Below, piece after piece: positions 20,621-31,688 of a DNA stretch of 64,000 nucleotides. This DNA is from Paramoeba atlantica. Taxonomy: Eukaryota; Protista; Discosea. How positions within the stretch are numbered: the stretch's first letter is position 1; each line of letters opens with the position of its first letter. The translations under genes were made by a program, and so were the position numbers. Location of the stretch: contig CDRNVI010000184.1 in the NCBI GenBank assembly GCA_977017575.1, forward strand, positions 62,001 through 126,000. Reading direction: 5' to 3'. The notes below the pieces were generated by a model, which worked only from the letters and a program-made list of their open reading frames with translations, was not told the origin of the DNA and searched no databases.

Positions 20621-21415
20621 CAGTTTAGGAGAACAAATGCAATCACTTCAGCAGTAGGTAGAGAAGAAGAATCAAGTTCTGATATTGAGTTGGAAGAGGA
20701 AGATTCAAGATTTGAAGGAGAATTAAGTGAAAGAAAAGAAAGTCCAGATTCAGAAAAGGAGACAAGTGAAAAGGAAAGTTTTGAGTCGAACAGGCTGGTA
20801 TTGGACAAGGACTCGGATTCAGACTTTCTGGGATGAGAAACTAACTTTCGTGGTTGGATGACCCCCATTGCTTCTCTTTATTGAGTTGTTTCCTTTCTTT
20901 TGTTGTTTGAGATTTGGTTGTCTTTGCTATTAATCAATTTCAAAGATTGTTTTGACTATGTGACTGGTTCGGGATATTGGTTTCAAGAATTGCAATCCTG
21001 TTATGCTTCCTTCTGCCCTGGGAGACTGTAAATATTGTGAATGCTGTAAATATGATGAAGATTTGGGTTTACTGGTTTCCCTGGACAGAGGTTCTAAATA
21101 TATCAAAACATTTTTTTTCAAGTAAGTCCCCAGCCATTGTGTTTTGTGTTTGTTCTCTTTTCTGTGTTTTGTTTTGTGTTTTGTTTGTTTTATTCTCCTG
21201 TCATCCCCCTTGGTGAGCTGCATTTTGCGATTTGTTGACACCCTGAATTGATTCCTTGGGTCTTCTGCTGCTGATTCCCTTCTTTTGATTGCTTGGTTGG
21301 AGAATTGATTCTGATATTGTGGATTCCCATGGATTTCTTTCATCTTTTTGGACCCTGTTGAGTTTCTGGTCTCTTTTCTCTTGGCCCCTGCAACCCCACA
21401 CTCTTGTTTTGTTTC

Positions 21416-21426
21416 AAGGGGGGAGG
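21416..21426 (+). promoter_or_regulatory. Polypurine tract of Gypsy-1
   Basis: aaggggggagg immediately before the TG start of the LTR. Confidence 0.8.
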
Positions 21427-22212
21427 TGTTGGGGTGAGACCTGCTTCCAACACAGAAGTTGTGCCTTTCAGTGCCTTTTCAGTTCCTTGAGCCTCCCTAA
21501 GCCTTCCCTGAGCTTCCTTGATGCCTTTTATCATGAGTTTTGGTCCTTTCGGAGAGCCCTGAGCCTCACAGACAGCTGCGCACCATTTTATCGTGATTTT
21601 AGCCAAAATCACAAGATTTTTAGTGCTCTTTTGATTCAGTTTTCACATTCATGTTTTTTTTGCCCCCTTTTTTCTTGCTGCTTTGCCACCTTCTGCTTTC
21701 TTTCTGCTTTCTTGTTGCTCTCTCTCTCTCTTTGCTTTCCTTTGTGATCTTTTGGCTTGCCTTGCTTGCTTTCTGTTCTCTTCTTTTGTTGTCATCATCT
21801 TTTGTTGCTTTCTTCCTTCTTTGGTTGCTGTGTAGACTTGGGATTCTGATTTGAGTTGAGTTTTGGTGATTCTGTGCTTTTCGCAGTTGTGATTCCTTTT
21901 GTTGTTCTTCTTCTTGCTTTTCTGTTTCTTTGTTGTTGTTTTCTTGTTCTGTTTGTGTTGGCTGGAGATCTTTTCCATAAAGGTTTTGATCCAGAGTTTC
22001 TGTTTCTCTTTCTTTTCTCTTGTTTTCTCTGTTGATCCTGCTCCCCTCCTCACACTTCTTTTTGCTTTTTTGTTTTCTTGTTGTTGTTTTCTTGTTCTGT
22101 TAGTGTTGGCTGGAGATTCTTTCCATAAAGGTTTTGATTCAGAGTTTCTGTTTCTCTTTCTTTTCTCTTGTTTTCTCTGTTGATCCTGCTCCCCTCCTCA
22201 CATCTATCCTCA
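21427..22212 (+). repeat. Gypsy-1 3' LTR with an internal 148-bp tandem duplication; last 2 nt lost
   Basis: Starts tgttggggtgagacc and matches the solo LTR 43844-44513; duplication 21907-22054 / 22055-22202. Confidence 0.88.
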
Positions 22213-22288
22213 TTATCTTTAATCTTAAAAAATTAGTGGTTTTGGGTTAAGCTATTATTTAATAAAGTCCAGTATTAAAAAGAAAAAG
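22204..22288 (+). mobile_element. SINE1 3' fragment fused to the LTR end
   Basis: ctatcctca is shared by the LTR terminus and the SINE1 body; AATAAA and A-tail follow. Confidence 0.8.
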
Positions 22289-22781
22289 AGCTGAGCATAT
22301 CTACTGATAGCTCTTAGCTAACTCTATTCAATTATGTTCTCCAGAAGCTCTGACTTGTCTTTCAGTAGAGTTGCTGGAGGAAATGCTAATTCAGCACCAT
22401 TATTTTTGAAAAAAGCAGTTCCAGGTATGAACCAAACAATTGCTAAGCTTTGGAAGATGATTGATATGAAGAATGCCTCTCTCTCCACCCACCTTGTTAC
22501 TAAATTTAACCCATTTCTCATTAAAGGAGTTAAAGTACTCTTCCCAGTAGGAGTCTTTACCTTTCCCAACAAGATTCCTACCTTTCCCAACTTCCTGAAA
22601 GCTATTGAAAGTCAAACCAATCTTAAGGGAAGTATTAGAGTGAAGGCAAAGGTCAAGCACTATGCTATCTTTGCTCACAAGAAGGAAGACATCCTTATAA
22701 TCCAATCTATTATTAAAAAAAAAAGGAAATCTAATTGCCAACTAACTTGAAAGTACTTATATCTAGAGAGTCAATCATGAT
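22289..22781 (+). mobile_element. LINE-B 5'UTR/ORF1 N-terminal fragment
   Basis: ORF 22334-22750 matches the ORF1 at 42939-43634 (SFSRVAGGNANSAPLF). Confidence 0.88.
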
Positions 22782-23089
22782 AAGGGTTGGTGCTTGTAGT
22801 TTAGTTATAAATTTAACTATATCCAACCAGATTACATTTCAGCCTTGTCTGCTAAAAAGTTGAAGATAAAATCCTTTGAAAGAAGCTTTGGATTATTCTC
22901 CCTTCTAATATATATCCTCCAACCTAAACTTGCAGAAGTTCTAAAGTTCAATATAAAGACCAACTAAACTAAGCTGAAGTTTAAAACTTCACTTCTTGTT
23001 AAAGGTTAAAAACAAACATAATTTAATGTAATTCAAATGGTTTAGATTAAGAACTACTAATTGAATAAAGTTTGCCTCAAAAAGAAAAA
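22782..23089 (+). mobile_element. SINE2 with an internal deletion removing the B box
   Basis: Head aagggttggtgc..tccaacc is joined directly to the core agattacatttcagcc; tail intact. Confidence 0.85.
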
Positions 23090-23340
23090 TTTCTTCCTTT
23101 GAAACCATTTTTGTGATTGAGAAAGTACTTCACCCCTCTAAAACCTGGTTACCCTCAATTGGAGGAAAACCTGGCTCCTCTCTTGCAGACTCTATTATGT
23201 AGAATTGAAGTTTGACAAGATTACCCAATCTCCTATGAAAAAGCAATCAGTACTCTTTTGAATTACTTAAAGTGCTTTGTTTTCAAATGTATAAACTTTC
23301 TAACCTTTGGTCTACAATGTTTAAAACCAACTTTAAAAGC
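23090..23340 (+). mobile_element. Collinear short shards of LINE-B RT
   Basis: Pieces encode FVIEKVLHPSKTWLPSIGGKPG, the GVQQGCPIS region and YEKA.ALLNY.KCF, with the intervening sequence deleted. Confidence 0.7.
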
Positions 23341-23473
23341 AAAAGATTTTAGAGCTTAGTAATCACAATTTCAAAACCAAAAGATTCATGATTGATCAGA
23401 TTTCATAGAAAAAAATTCATTCAAAGAAATATTGGTAACTTCCATAAGGAAATCCAAAAGTAATCTACTCAAT

Positions 23474-23898
23474 GGAGTTGGTGCCTATAATTTAGTCATA
23501 AATTCAACTATGTTCAATCTTGGAGGGGATGAGTTCAAATTCTAGTTTTTCAAATTTTAGAAAATTTTTCTAATCCTATAAAGTGATTTGATTAGAGTGA
23601 AAAGCTTTTGAAGAAGTGTGAAAATTAGAACAAGTTACATTTTAACCCAATTTGCTAAAAAGTTAAAAATAAATTCCTTTAGAAGAAGTTTTGAATTATT
23701 TTCTCTTTTAATATGTATCCTCCAGCCTGAACTTATAAAAGTTCTAAAGTTTAGTATAAAGACCAACTGAACTAAGCTGAAGTTTAAAACTTTACCTCTT
23801 GTTAAAGATTAAAAACAAACTTAATTTAATGTAATTCAAATAGCTTAGATTAAAAACTACTAATTGAATAAAATCTACTTCAAAAAGAAAAAAAAAAA
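23474..23898 (+). mobile_element. SINE2, full length, strongly AT-decayed
   Basis: Aligns end to end with 30715-31140; no TSD recognisable. Confidence 0.88.
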
Positions 23899-24281
23899 CT
23901 TCTATGATAAGAAATTGAAGAATTTTATAATATTTAATAAAATAAATATTTATTTTAAGTTGAAAGAAAGAATATTTCTATCAAAAATATAAAAGAAGAT
24001 AATAAAATAGGTTGAAGTAGTATTAATTAATATAAAATTAGAAAAAAAAAACTATAATTTAAGATATAAAGTTCTATTATTTAATTTCACTTTTTCTATT
24101 TTACTTAATTAGTTAAAGTAACTTAACTTTATCTACTTTTATATTATTTACAAATACCTTTCTTTAATCAATTTAAAAAAAAAAAAAAAAAAAAAATAGA
24201 AGGTTCAAAATACAATTTATTTGAATTTCCTATTTTTTGTTATAGTGTGTATTTTTGTGGCTGGTTACCACAGAAAATATT

Positions 24282-26527
24282 ATGAAAATCTTTTCATCTA
24301 ATGTAAAGGAAGGAAAGAGATTTTCTATTAAGAACACTTAATTAAGACAAACAAATAGTGAATCATTTGCTCAAGTTGTTAAAAAAAGCAAAAAAAAAAA
24401 AAAACCTCTCAAAACCAAGGAAGGCTTTCCAGCCTTCAAAGATCTTATTGATGTGTTGTACAAAATTGATTGGAAGAATATTAAACTATATTAAGGTTTA
24501 ATTATGCACTTGAATCCAAAAATTGTTGTTGGAGCTAAGTCAAGACCAACAAAGTTAGTGAAATCACTGGATTTCAGACCAGAGCTCCTCAACTTCAATA
24601 AGGTTATCAAAGCAATTAAACATATGACTTCTTTTAAAGAAAGATTTTTGTAAATATCAAACAAAGCCATTTTGTAATCTCAACACTCAAAAACATAGAT
24701 GTTGCAAGTATAGAAAAAGAGTTTTTGAACAAAGGTAATGAATTGGCCAAAAAACTCAAAAATCTTTTATTTGGAGGAACAATAAGAACACAAAATTGTG
24801 AAAGCTTAAAATTAAGGTTTCTTTTGAAGCTAAGGGTGTAAAGTAGATCCAGAATCTTTTTGCTGGTTCAAATTCTCTTTTGAAACATAATTTGAAAGAA
24901 GTAGTACAAATCGTCTAGAATTGTATTATTTTGTTTTACATCCAAATTTTTATTAACCTTGTCCTTTTTATTGCTCACATCAAGAGATGACAAGCTTGAG
25001 TCTTTGTTTAGACCTCAGCAAGACCCTTTAATACAGTGGTGAAATGCATCACTTGCCAAATTAACTATCTTGCTTGTTTATTGTTTATTTGAAATTTTAC
25101 AAAAAAAAAATTCAAGTGAAGTAGACAATATGGTAAGAACAGAAATGTACTTGATCAACACCTGCAATCCTAAAGAAGTTAAGATAAGAAAACAAATTGC
25201 CAAAGATGATGTACAATTTAACTTCATTCTTTCTGAAGGAGTCTTTTCATCCTGTACCCCCCTCAGAAATACTGGTAAGTCTATGGTAGTGGATTTTGAG
25301 AGAACAGATCAATTTTCCCCCAAGTCACATGCTTTGTTTAAGCCTTCCAAGGGTCTCCCCTATAGGTGTTAAAAAAGATAGCTTAAATTTACCTATGCAT
25401 AATTTTAGAGATCAAAAGTTGGTGTTTTATTTATCTAATGTTATTCCTACAAAACCTACCCCTCCAAAAGACCTCTCTCCTGTGAAGAAGAGCTATAAAG
25501 CTGTACCCAACAACTTCAAAGTACCTTCTTCCATAACTAAGGAATCAGCTGTTCAAAGAAGTTCCTCTATGGGTCTAATCAAGCATGATGCTGCAACTTT
25601 GATTAAAATAAGTTCATTTTCTCCCATCAAAACCAAAACCACTTCTAAAATAAATAAAACTATTAGTGAAAGCAACAAACAAGTCAGTAAATCCCCAGTG
25701 CTCCCCATATCACCAGCTCAGCAGTTACAAACTCAACAAAAAAGAAGGGTACTTGGCCATTGGTGAATATAAATTCCAACTTAGTAGTCCCTTCTTTTAA
25801 GTTTGCTTCTTTACAACTAAAAGAGATTGTGGGCAAGTCAAGAAATGGTGCTGATTCTTTGATTCAGAAGAAGGAAAACAGGAAAAGTCAACTTGTTTCT
25901 GGTCCTGCCCCTATCTTCATCAATGAAGAAGATTTACCAATTGAAAATGTATTGGTGGAGAAACTCAACAACAAAAGAGAAGTAAAATTAATATTAAAAA
26001 AATTGAATTTGAACATTAAATAAGCAAATACAACTAAGAATTTTGGAAGAGTCTATAAAAGGTTGGAAAATGGTTCAATTTTCCCAGAGGATAAGAAATT
26101 AAGGCATCAAGCTTTCTACTTTGTGAAGATAGAATGCACTAAGAGAAAAAAGAGTGAATTAAAAGAAATGATTAATATTAGAGTAGGGTGGGAGAAAAGA
26201 AAGAATGAGAGTGAAGAGGAAAAAGGAAAAGTATCATAAAAGAAAAGAAGAATCACACAAGAAAAAGAAAGTGGGGAAAGAAAGTCAGTGAACCTTCCAA
26301 ATGAGGAAGGGGTGGGCATCAACCATCTGTTTATGGAAAAACCTGAGGAAAGAAGTGATGATATTCAAGATAGTACCCCCTTTTCTTTTTCATTTAAAGG
26401 TTTAGATATGAGAGTAGAAAGAAGAAAGAAGGAAAAGGGGGAAGCTATGAAGATTGAAATGAATGAGGAGTCTGCTAGAACAACCCAAGCAAGGAGAGAG
26501 AGTGAGGGAGGGAAGTTAATTATTTAA
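24282..26527 (+). pseudogene. LINE-C ORF1, decayed
   Basis: SFAQVV...GAKSRPTKLVKSLDFRPELLNFNKVIKAI aligns to LINE-B GAKVCPLFLVGTFAFSNEISIFPNFLKAI; many stops and frameshifts. Confidence 0.7.
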
Positions 26528-26558
26528 AAAAAAAAAAAAAAAAAAAAACAAACAAATA

Positions 26559-29500
26559 ATGATTAAACTTAAAAAGAGAAAGAATAAGAAGAGAAAGGAA
26601 AAAGAATTGGTGGATATCAGAAGTAGCTTTGATGTGTGTTGGCCCCTAGGAAACTCCTTCCCCAACAATAAACTTGCCTAATATAACCTAATTAGAGTGC
26701 TTCCCATCAAATCCTCTAAATGATCTTGGAGTTAATTCATGTGATAGATCCTCAGCTAATGTAATTGAATATGATGAATGTAGGTTTTCCAATGCACATG
26801 TTATTTCCTGAAACATGAATGAAGTTTAAAATTTCAACAAATTGAAAACTCTTCAGAAAATAGCTGGGAGTTGTTGGCCTCTTTTCATTTTGATTCAAGA
26901 ATCTCACTCTGATTCTGAATGTAACCTTGATCTTATTAAGAACCAATTGAGAAAGTATATTTAGTTGAGAGACAATTTTTTTGGAAAGAGAAGGGATCTG
27001 CTCATTGGAGTTAAGCAGATGGAGGGGGTGAAAGAGATTTCTCTTTGTTTCTTTGATTAAACCATGAGTGGATTATTTGAAGTTTATGTGACTATTAAAT
27101 CAACAAACTATTCTATTCTAAATATATACTATCATTCTGACCTTAAAGTAGTCACCATCTTGCAGAAGGCCACTTGGTTCTTTGGCTAGAATCCCAGAAG
27201 CATAAATATCTTTGAAGGTGATTTCAACTAAAATGTGAGGGAAAAACAAATAGAAGAGATTGAACAGTGTTGTACTTCCTTCTGTATGTTACACTTGAAA
27301 TGGAATGAACCCACCCATTATAAAGGAAGATGTATCAATCATATTTTCTTCTCATCTAAGACTCCATTAAAATGATTGTTTATCAATACCATCCCATCTG
27401 GCTTTAAAGATCATGCACTATTGATTGGAAGATCCTTATTTAAGAAATGGGAGATTTGAGTGAATAAGAAATTCATCTTTGAGTATTTGATTAATAACCA
27501 TGGATTCATCAACACTCTTATTGAGAGGATGGGTACTTTCTTTAAGGATGATGATTCTAATGAGTTTTTGATCAGGTTCAAGATCACAGCTTGGGAATTA
27601 GTTCCCTACTGGAGAGAGAGAAACATTGAGGCAGCATTGTTTAGAGAACTGTGGAAGATCCATTTTCTTGTAAGATCCCTTTGCAATTCTCACATTCTTA
27701 GGAAATCTACTGTCCAGAGGCCATACTCTTCCCTTGAAATGGGTCTGTTGGATCAAGCCTCTTTTGGTTGGAAGGGTTTGAAGAAAGGAAAGTTGTGGAG
27801 GAGAAGAATAATCCCCAGAATGATTTCTGCAGCATTCAAGAAGATTGAATGTATTGAAGGACAGTTGGGGATCTTTATTAACAATCACTCTGTGAGGCCT
27901 AAAGTGAGATCATCCCTAAGGGTTAAAGGAATTGTTGTGGATGGGGTCATTTCCAGAGATAATAGTATGGTTTAGAAAGCAATTAAAGAATTTTGTGGGA
28001 ATCTTTTGAGTTTAGTGAGGCTGTACAACAAGGACTCTCTTTAGAAGCTGATTGAAAACTATAAACCTTAGTTTCTTAAGATTGATTATCATGTTGTTGA
28101 TGGGGTCAAGGTTGATAAACTGCTGCAATGGTACAATAATTCAAGTGCTGGCCCAGATGGTATTCCCTTTACTCTCTACAAAGTGACAAGTGAACAACTG
28201 TGTGATATGTGGTGTGAACTTATCTCAAGAGTTGGAGAATTAATGGATTTTTTTAAGTCATTTGGGAAGAGTCAACTTATGTTGCTACCCAAGATTGAGA
28301 ATATTCCTTATCCTGACCAATTTCAACCAATAAGTATTATCAATTCTGATTATTGGATTGTGATGAGATATTGGGCCAAATGGCTGATGGAAAGTGCCAG
28401 AGAGGTGATTTTCCCTGAACAAAATGCTATGTTTGCTGGAAGGTCCATTGATAATATAGTAGAATTGATATATGATGGGTTTATGGAAGCTGTGGCAAAG
28501 GGCAAAGACATGACCATCCTCCAAACTGACTTTTGTAAGGCCTATGACTATATTAACCACAAAGCCTCTATAAAGTTGCTGATTGGGTTGAATACTCCAC
28601 TTCAAGCCTTTGAAGTTGTATCTAAAGTACTGCAAGAGTTAGATACATAGCTTTCAACTGTAGGATTGAATGATAAGATATAAAAGAAAGCCATCAAGAG
28701 CTGGACTGATGTGTGACAAAGCTGCTTCATTTCACTTCTATTGTTCATTATTCTTTTTGATGTTTTGTTGGTTAGTTTAAACAATGGAGATGACCTTAAG
28801 AAGCTTGCTGGGTTTATGGATGACTTAGCCCTTTTCCTTCACAGGGTCCAATCCATAAATTCCTTAACTTTAATCTTCCAAAAATATGAACAAAGAACTG
28901 AAGCTAAACTCAACTACAATAAATGTTTTGTATTATCAATTGAAAAGACCCTTGAGTTGAAATGCCTTTGGCTAATTATTTGAGAGAAAAGACTGTATAC
29001 TTGGGAATTATAATTTCTTGAAGAATGAACCCAACTAAGGATTGAGAAGAGGTGATCAAGAAAATACAAAAAGTTGGAACAGCAATTAAGCAAAAGAAAG
29101 GCAGCTTCAATGAGAGAGTTTAGATGATTAATACTTATCTTATTCCTTGTATGGATTATTTGGCAAGATTTAAGCTTATCTCAAAAGCTATCTTCTCAAA
29201 GATGTGGAAAGCCATTCATTCAGCCTTAGGTATATATGCAAATCTAAAGTCTTATGTAATGACTTCTCTTTGTCCCCTGTTCTTTGAAAAACCCCAAGTT
29301 AAACACCCTATTCTGTTCAACTGAGCTCTACTGGTATCAAGAAAGCCTCTCTAAGATTATTATAAGAATTTATTGTCCATTGGAGCTATGAGGATTGATG
29401 CTTTAGAAGCTAATAGGGTTATCTTAGAATAAATGAGAATGGGCTCCAAAACCAAGAGATCTTTCTCTCTCCTATCTTAAAACATTTTTGTGGGAGTGAA

Positions 29501-29656
29501 GAATTTCTATGTAGGGGATGGCTGCTTGAAATGTATGATCTATAATTTATCTCTTCCACAAAGACTCCAGATTAAACAAAATCTTCTGAAGTTCTTTTTG
29601 AGGGACCTCCCAACTATGGATAAAATTGTCCATTTCACATTTGTGAGTTTACTTTG
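26559..29656 (+). pseudogene. LINE-C ORF2 (APE and RT), decayed
   Basis: ORF fragments 27460-27975, 28183-28650, 28741-28983 and 29124-29324 align to LINE-A ORF2. Confidence 0.88.
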
Positions 29657-30714
29657 TTTTTTTTTCACTAAACATCAGAAGATGCCATTAATTTATTAAG
29701 ATAAAAAACCATCATATAGATGGAAAAGTTAGTTTAGGTTTTACCAATTGGTAACATAAGCATAGTTAATTATATTTAAATCAGTTAAATATTAGCATAG
29801 TTTGTTAATCTTTATCATTACTTGGAGGAGGCCTACCTTCTTTAAAGGTTATATGTCTTTTTTTCTTTTTTTTCCTTTTCTTTCTATTCTTTTCATTATC
29901 CAACATGCTTTCACATAACTTGTTGCTTGGAATTGAAGTAGAATATACATCATGGAGATCTTTAGAGAGGGCTACAGGGGTTATCAAGGTTCCATCAGGA
30001 GAGAGAGGTTTGGGGAAGTATACCACTTGAGTTGTAATTACTAATCCTTGAAATTTCCTCAAGAGTGAGGCAGAGGGAATGGGATAACTTCAATTATGTT
30101 TGAGGGGGTTGTTCAGTTTAGTTCATAAGAGAGAGTTATCAACAATCCATTCTTCTTCAGTTTTTCCAACTGGTTTAGCATGAGGGTCCCATTTGGAATC
30201 ATTAACAGCAGTCATTCCATCCATAACTGACCAACTAGCAGCAGTAGCAATAGCATCAGCATGTTTGTTAAGTTCACAGAAAACATGGATAAATTCAGCA
30301 TCTTCAAATCTAGCAGCAGTAGCTTTAATCTCTATCAACAGGAGGTTAAGTTTATGGTTGCTAATATTGTGATTCTTAAGAGCTGCCTTGGTTAATATCA
30401 TACAATCACCAACAATTTGGATGTGGGAACCCAAACCTCTTGCATTCTTTAATCCCAGGAGACAGCCTTTGAATTCACCAACATTATTTGTACCAAAGGG
30501 AATAGTTTCAGCACCAGCCAGGATTTCCTTTCCATTTCTGAAGATAGCATAACCTGCACCACCAAGATGAGGATCAGTACAGCTTGAACCATCATAGAAA
30601 ACTTGTAAGCCTTTAAACTTGAACTTTTCAATCTCTCTCTTCTTTTTTGCAGAGGTTGGGTCTTTACAAGGAGGTTTGGGAAGGAGTTTGTTCTTCTTTA
30701 AGACTTTGTGAAAG

Positions 30715-31140
30715 TTGGGGTTGGTGCCCATAGTTTAGTCATAAATTCGACTATGTCCAACCCTGGGGGGGCAAGTTCAAATCCCAGTTTTTTGATATTA
30801 TAGAAAATTTTTCTGGTGCTGTAGAGTGATTTGATTGGAGTGAGGAGCTCTTGAAGAAGTGTGAAAATCAGAACAGGTTACATCTCAGCCCTGTCTGCTA
30901 AAAAGTTGAGGATAAATTCCCTTGGAAGGAGCTTTGGATTATTCTCCCTTCTGATGTGCATCCTCCAGCCTGAACTTGCAGAAGTTCTAAAGTTCAGCAT
31001 AAAGATTGACTGAACTAAGCTGAAGTTTAAAACTTCACCTCTCATTAGAGGTTAAAAACAAACATAATTTAATATAATTCAAATGGCTTAGATTAAGAAC
31101 TACTAATTGAATAAAGTTTGCCTCAAAAAAAAAAAAAAAA
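30715..31140 (+). mobile_element. SINE2, full length
   Basis: Perfect 15-bp TSD aagactttgtgaaag (30700-30714 / 31141-31155); A-box-like TAGTTTAGT, B box GTTCAAATCC, AATAAA and A-tail. Confidence 0.95.
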
Positions 31141-31688
31141 AAGACTTTGTGAAAGATATCAATAGCATACTCAGCAGATTGGGATCCTTCAGCACACACA
31201 GTTATCCACAGTGCAAGTAAGGCAGCACTCACTATTAAGGTGAAAAGGTTTGAATAGTATTGAGCAGTTAGTCCACACACAAAAGAAGAGGATTCCCAAG
31301 ATGGGAGTTTCAACTTGATGCAGTTACATCTTTTTTTTTTTTAAGGTTCAGACACCAGGTGCCATTTATTAGAGTTAAAAAACCATCTCTAGGATGGAAA
31401 AGAGGGGGGAAGAAAGGGGGGGGGGAGGGGAGATAAATTAAGAGTTAGATCCAAAGATCTCTTTAGCATGGGATGCATTGGAGTTTCTTTACTAACTTTA
31501 GTTCTCACAAAAGGGTCTGCATTTGATTGTCCACCTTCTAAAACCAGGGAGTGAATTCAGATTGAAGGTTTCTATGAAGTTAATTACATTCCTTCAAAAA
31601 TCTTCCTCAATAAAGCTCCTCACCAGATTGCTCTCTTGGGACTGATGGAACCATCCTTGGATATCTTTAGTAATTATTACAGGGAGGA

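Larger units (their letters stand above)
15651..20836 (+). pseudogene. pol: Gypsy-1 pol (PR, deleted RT, RNase H, long linker, integrase, chromodomain, acidic tail)
   Basis: PR AINSG (DSG decayed), RT CMVYVDDIVIFS, RNH VDASKNGLG..YTDH, IN GHFGG..CRTCLTC..IISDQG..NPRANGAVER; many CpG-type stops. Confidence 0.92.
4146..22212 (+). mobile_element. Ty3/Gypsy chromovirus-like LTR retrotransposon 1 (5' LTR missing, interrupted by LINE-A)
   Basis: Domain order gag(CCHC x3)-PR-RT(YVDD)-RNH-IN-chromodomain; polypurine tract followed by a TG-starting LTR that matches the solo LTR at 43844-44513. Confidence 0.9.
24175..29656 (+). mobile_element. LINE-C, third L1-like family, old; 5' end intact, 3' end cut at the CCHC finger
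   Basis: A22 then a short UTR; ORF1 homologous to A and B (GAKSRPTKLVKSLDF..., CITCQIN); decayed APE (LIQESH) and RT (SAGPDG, LQTDFCKAYDY, GFMDDL). Confidence 0.85.

Noticed and set aside
21340-21612. Antisense ORF in the LTR, also open in the solo LTR
   Set aside because: Explained by short internal repeats and strand composition; its ends differ between the two copies.
23900-24174. Very AT-rich block as a replication origin or distinct element
   Set aside because: No repeats, termini or motif; most simply heavily decayed repeat DNA.
29645-29656. TSD for the full-length LINE-B (gagtttactttg vs aagtctactata at 43773)
   Set aside because: Only 8 of 12 match, and the right-hand sequence is better explained as a LINE-B ORF2 shard, so the flanks were rearranged.
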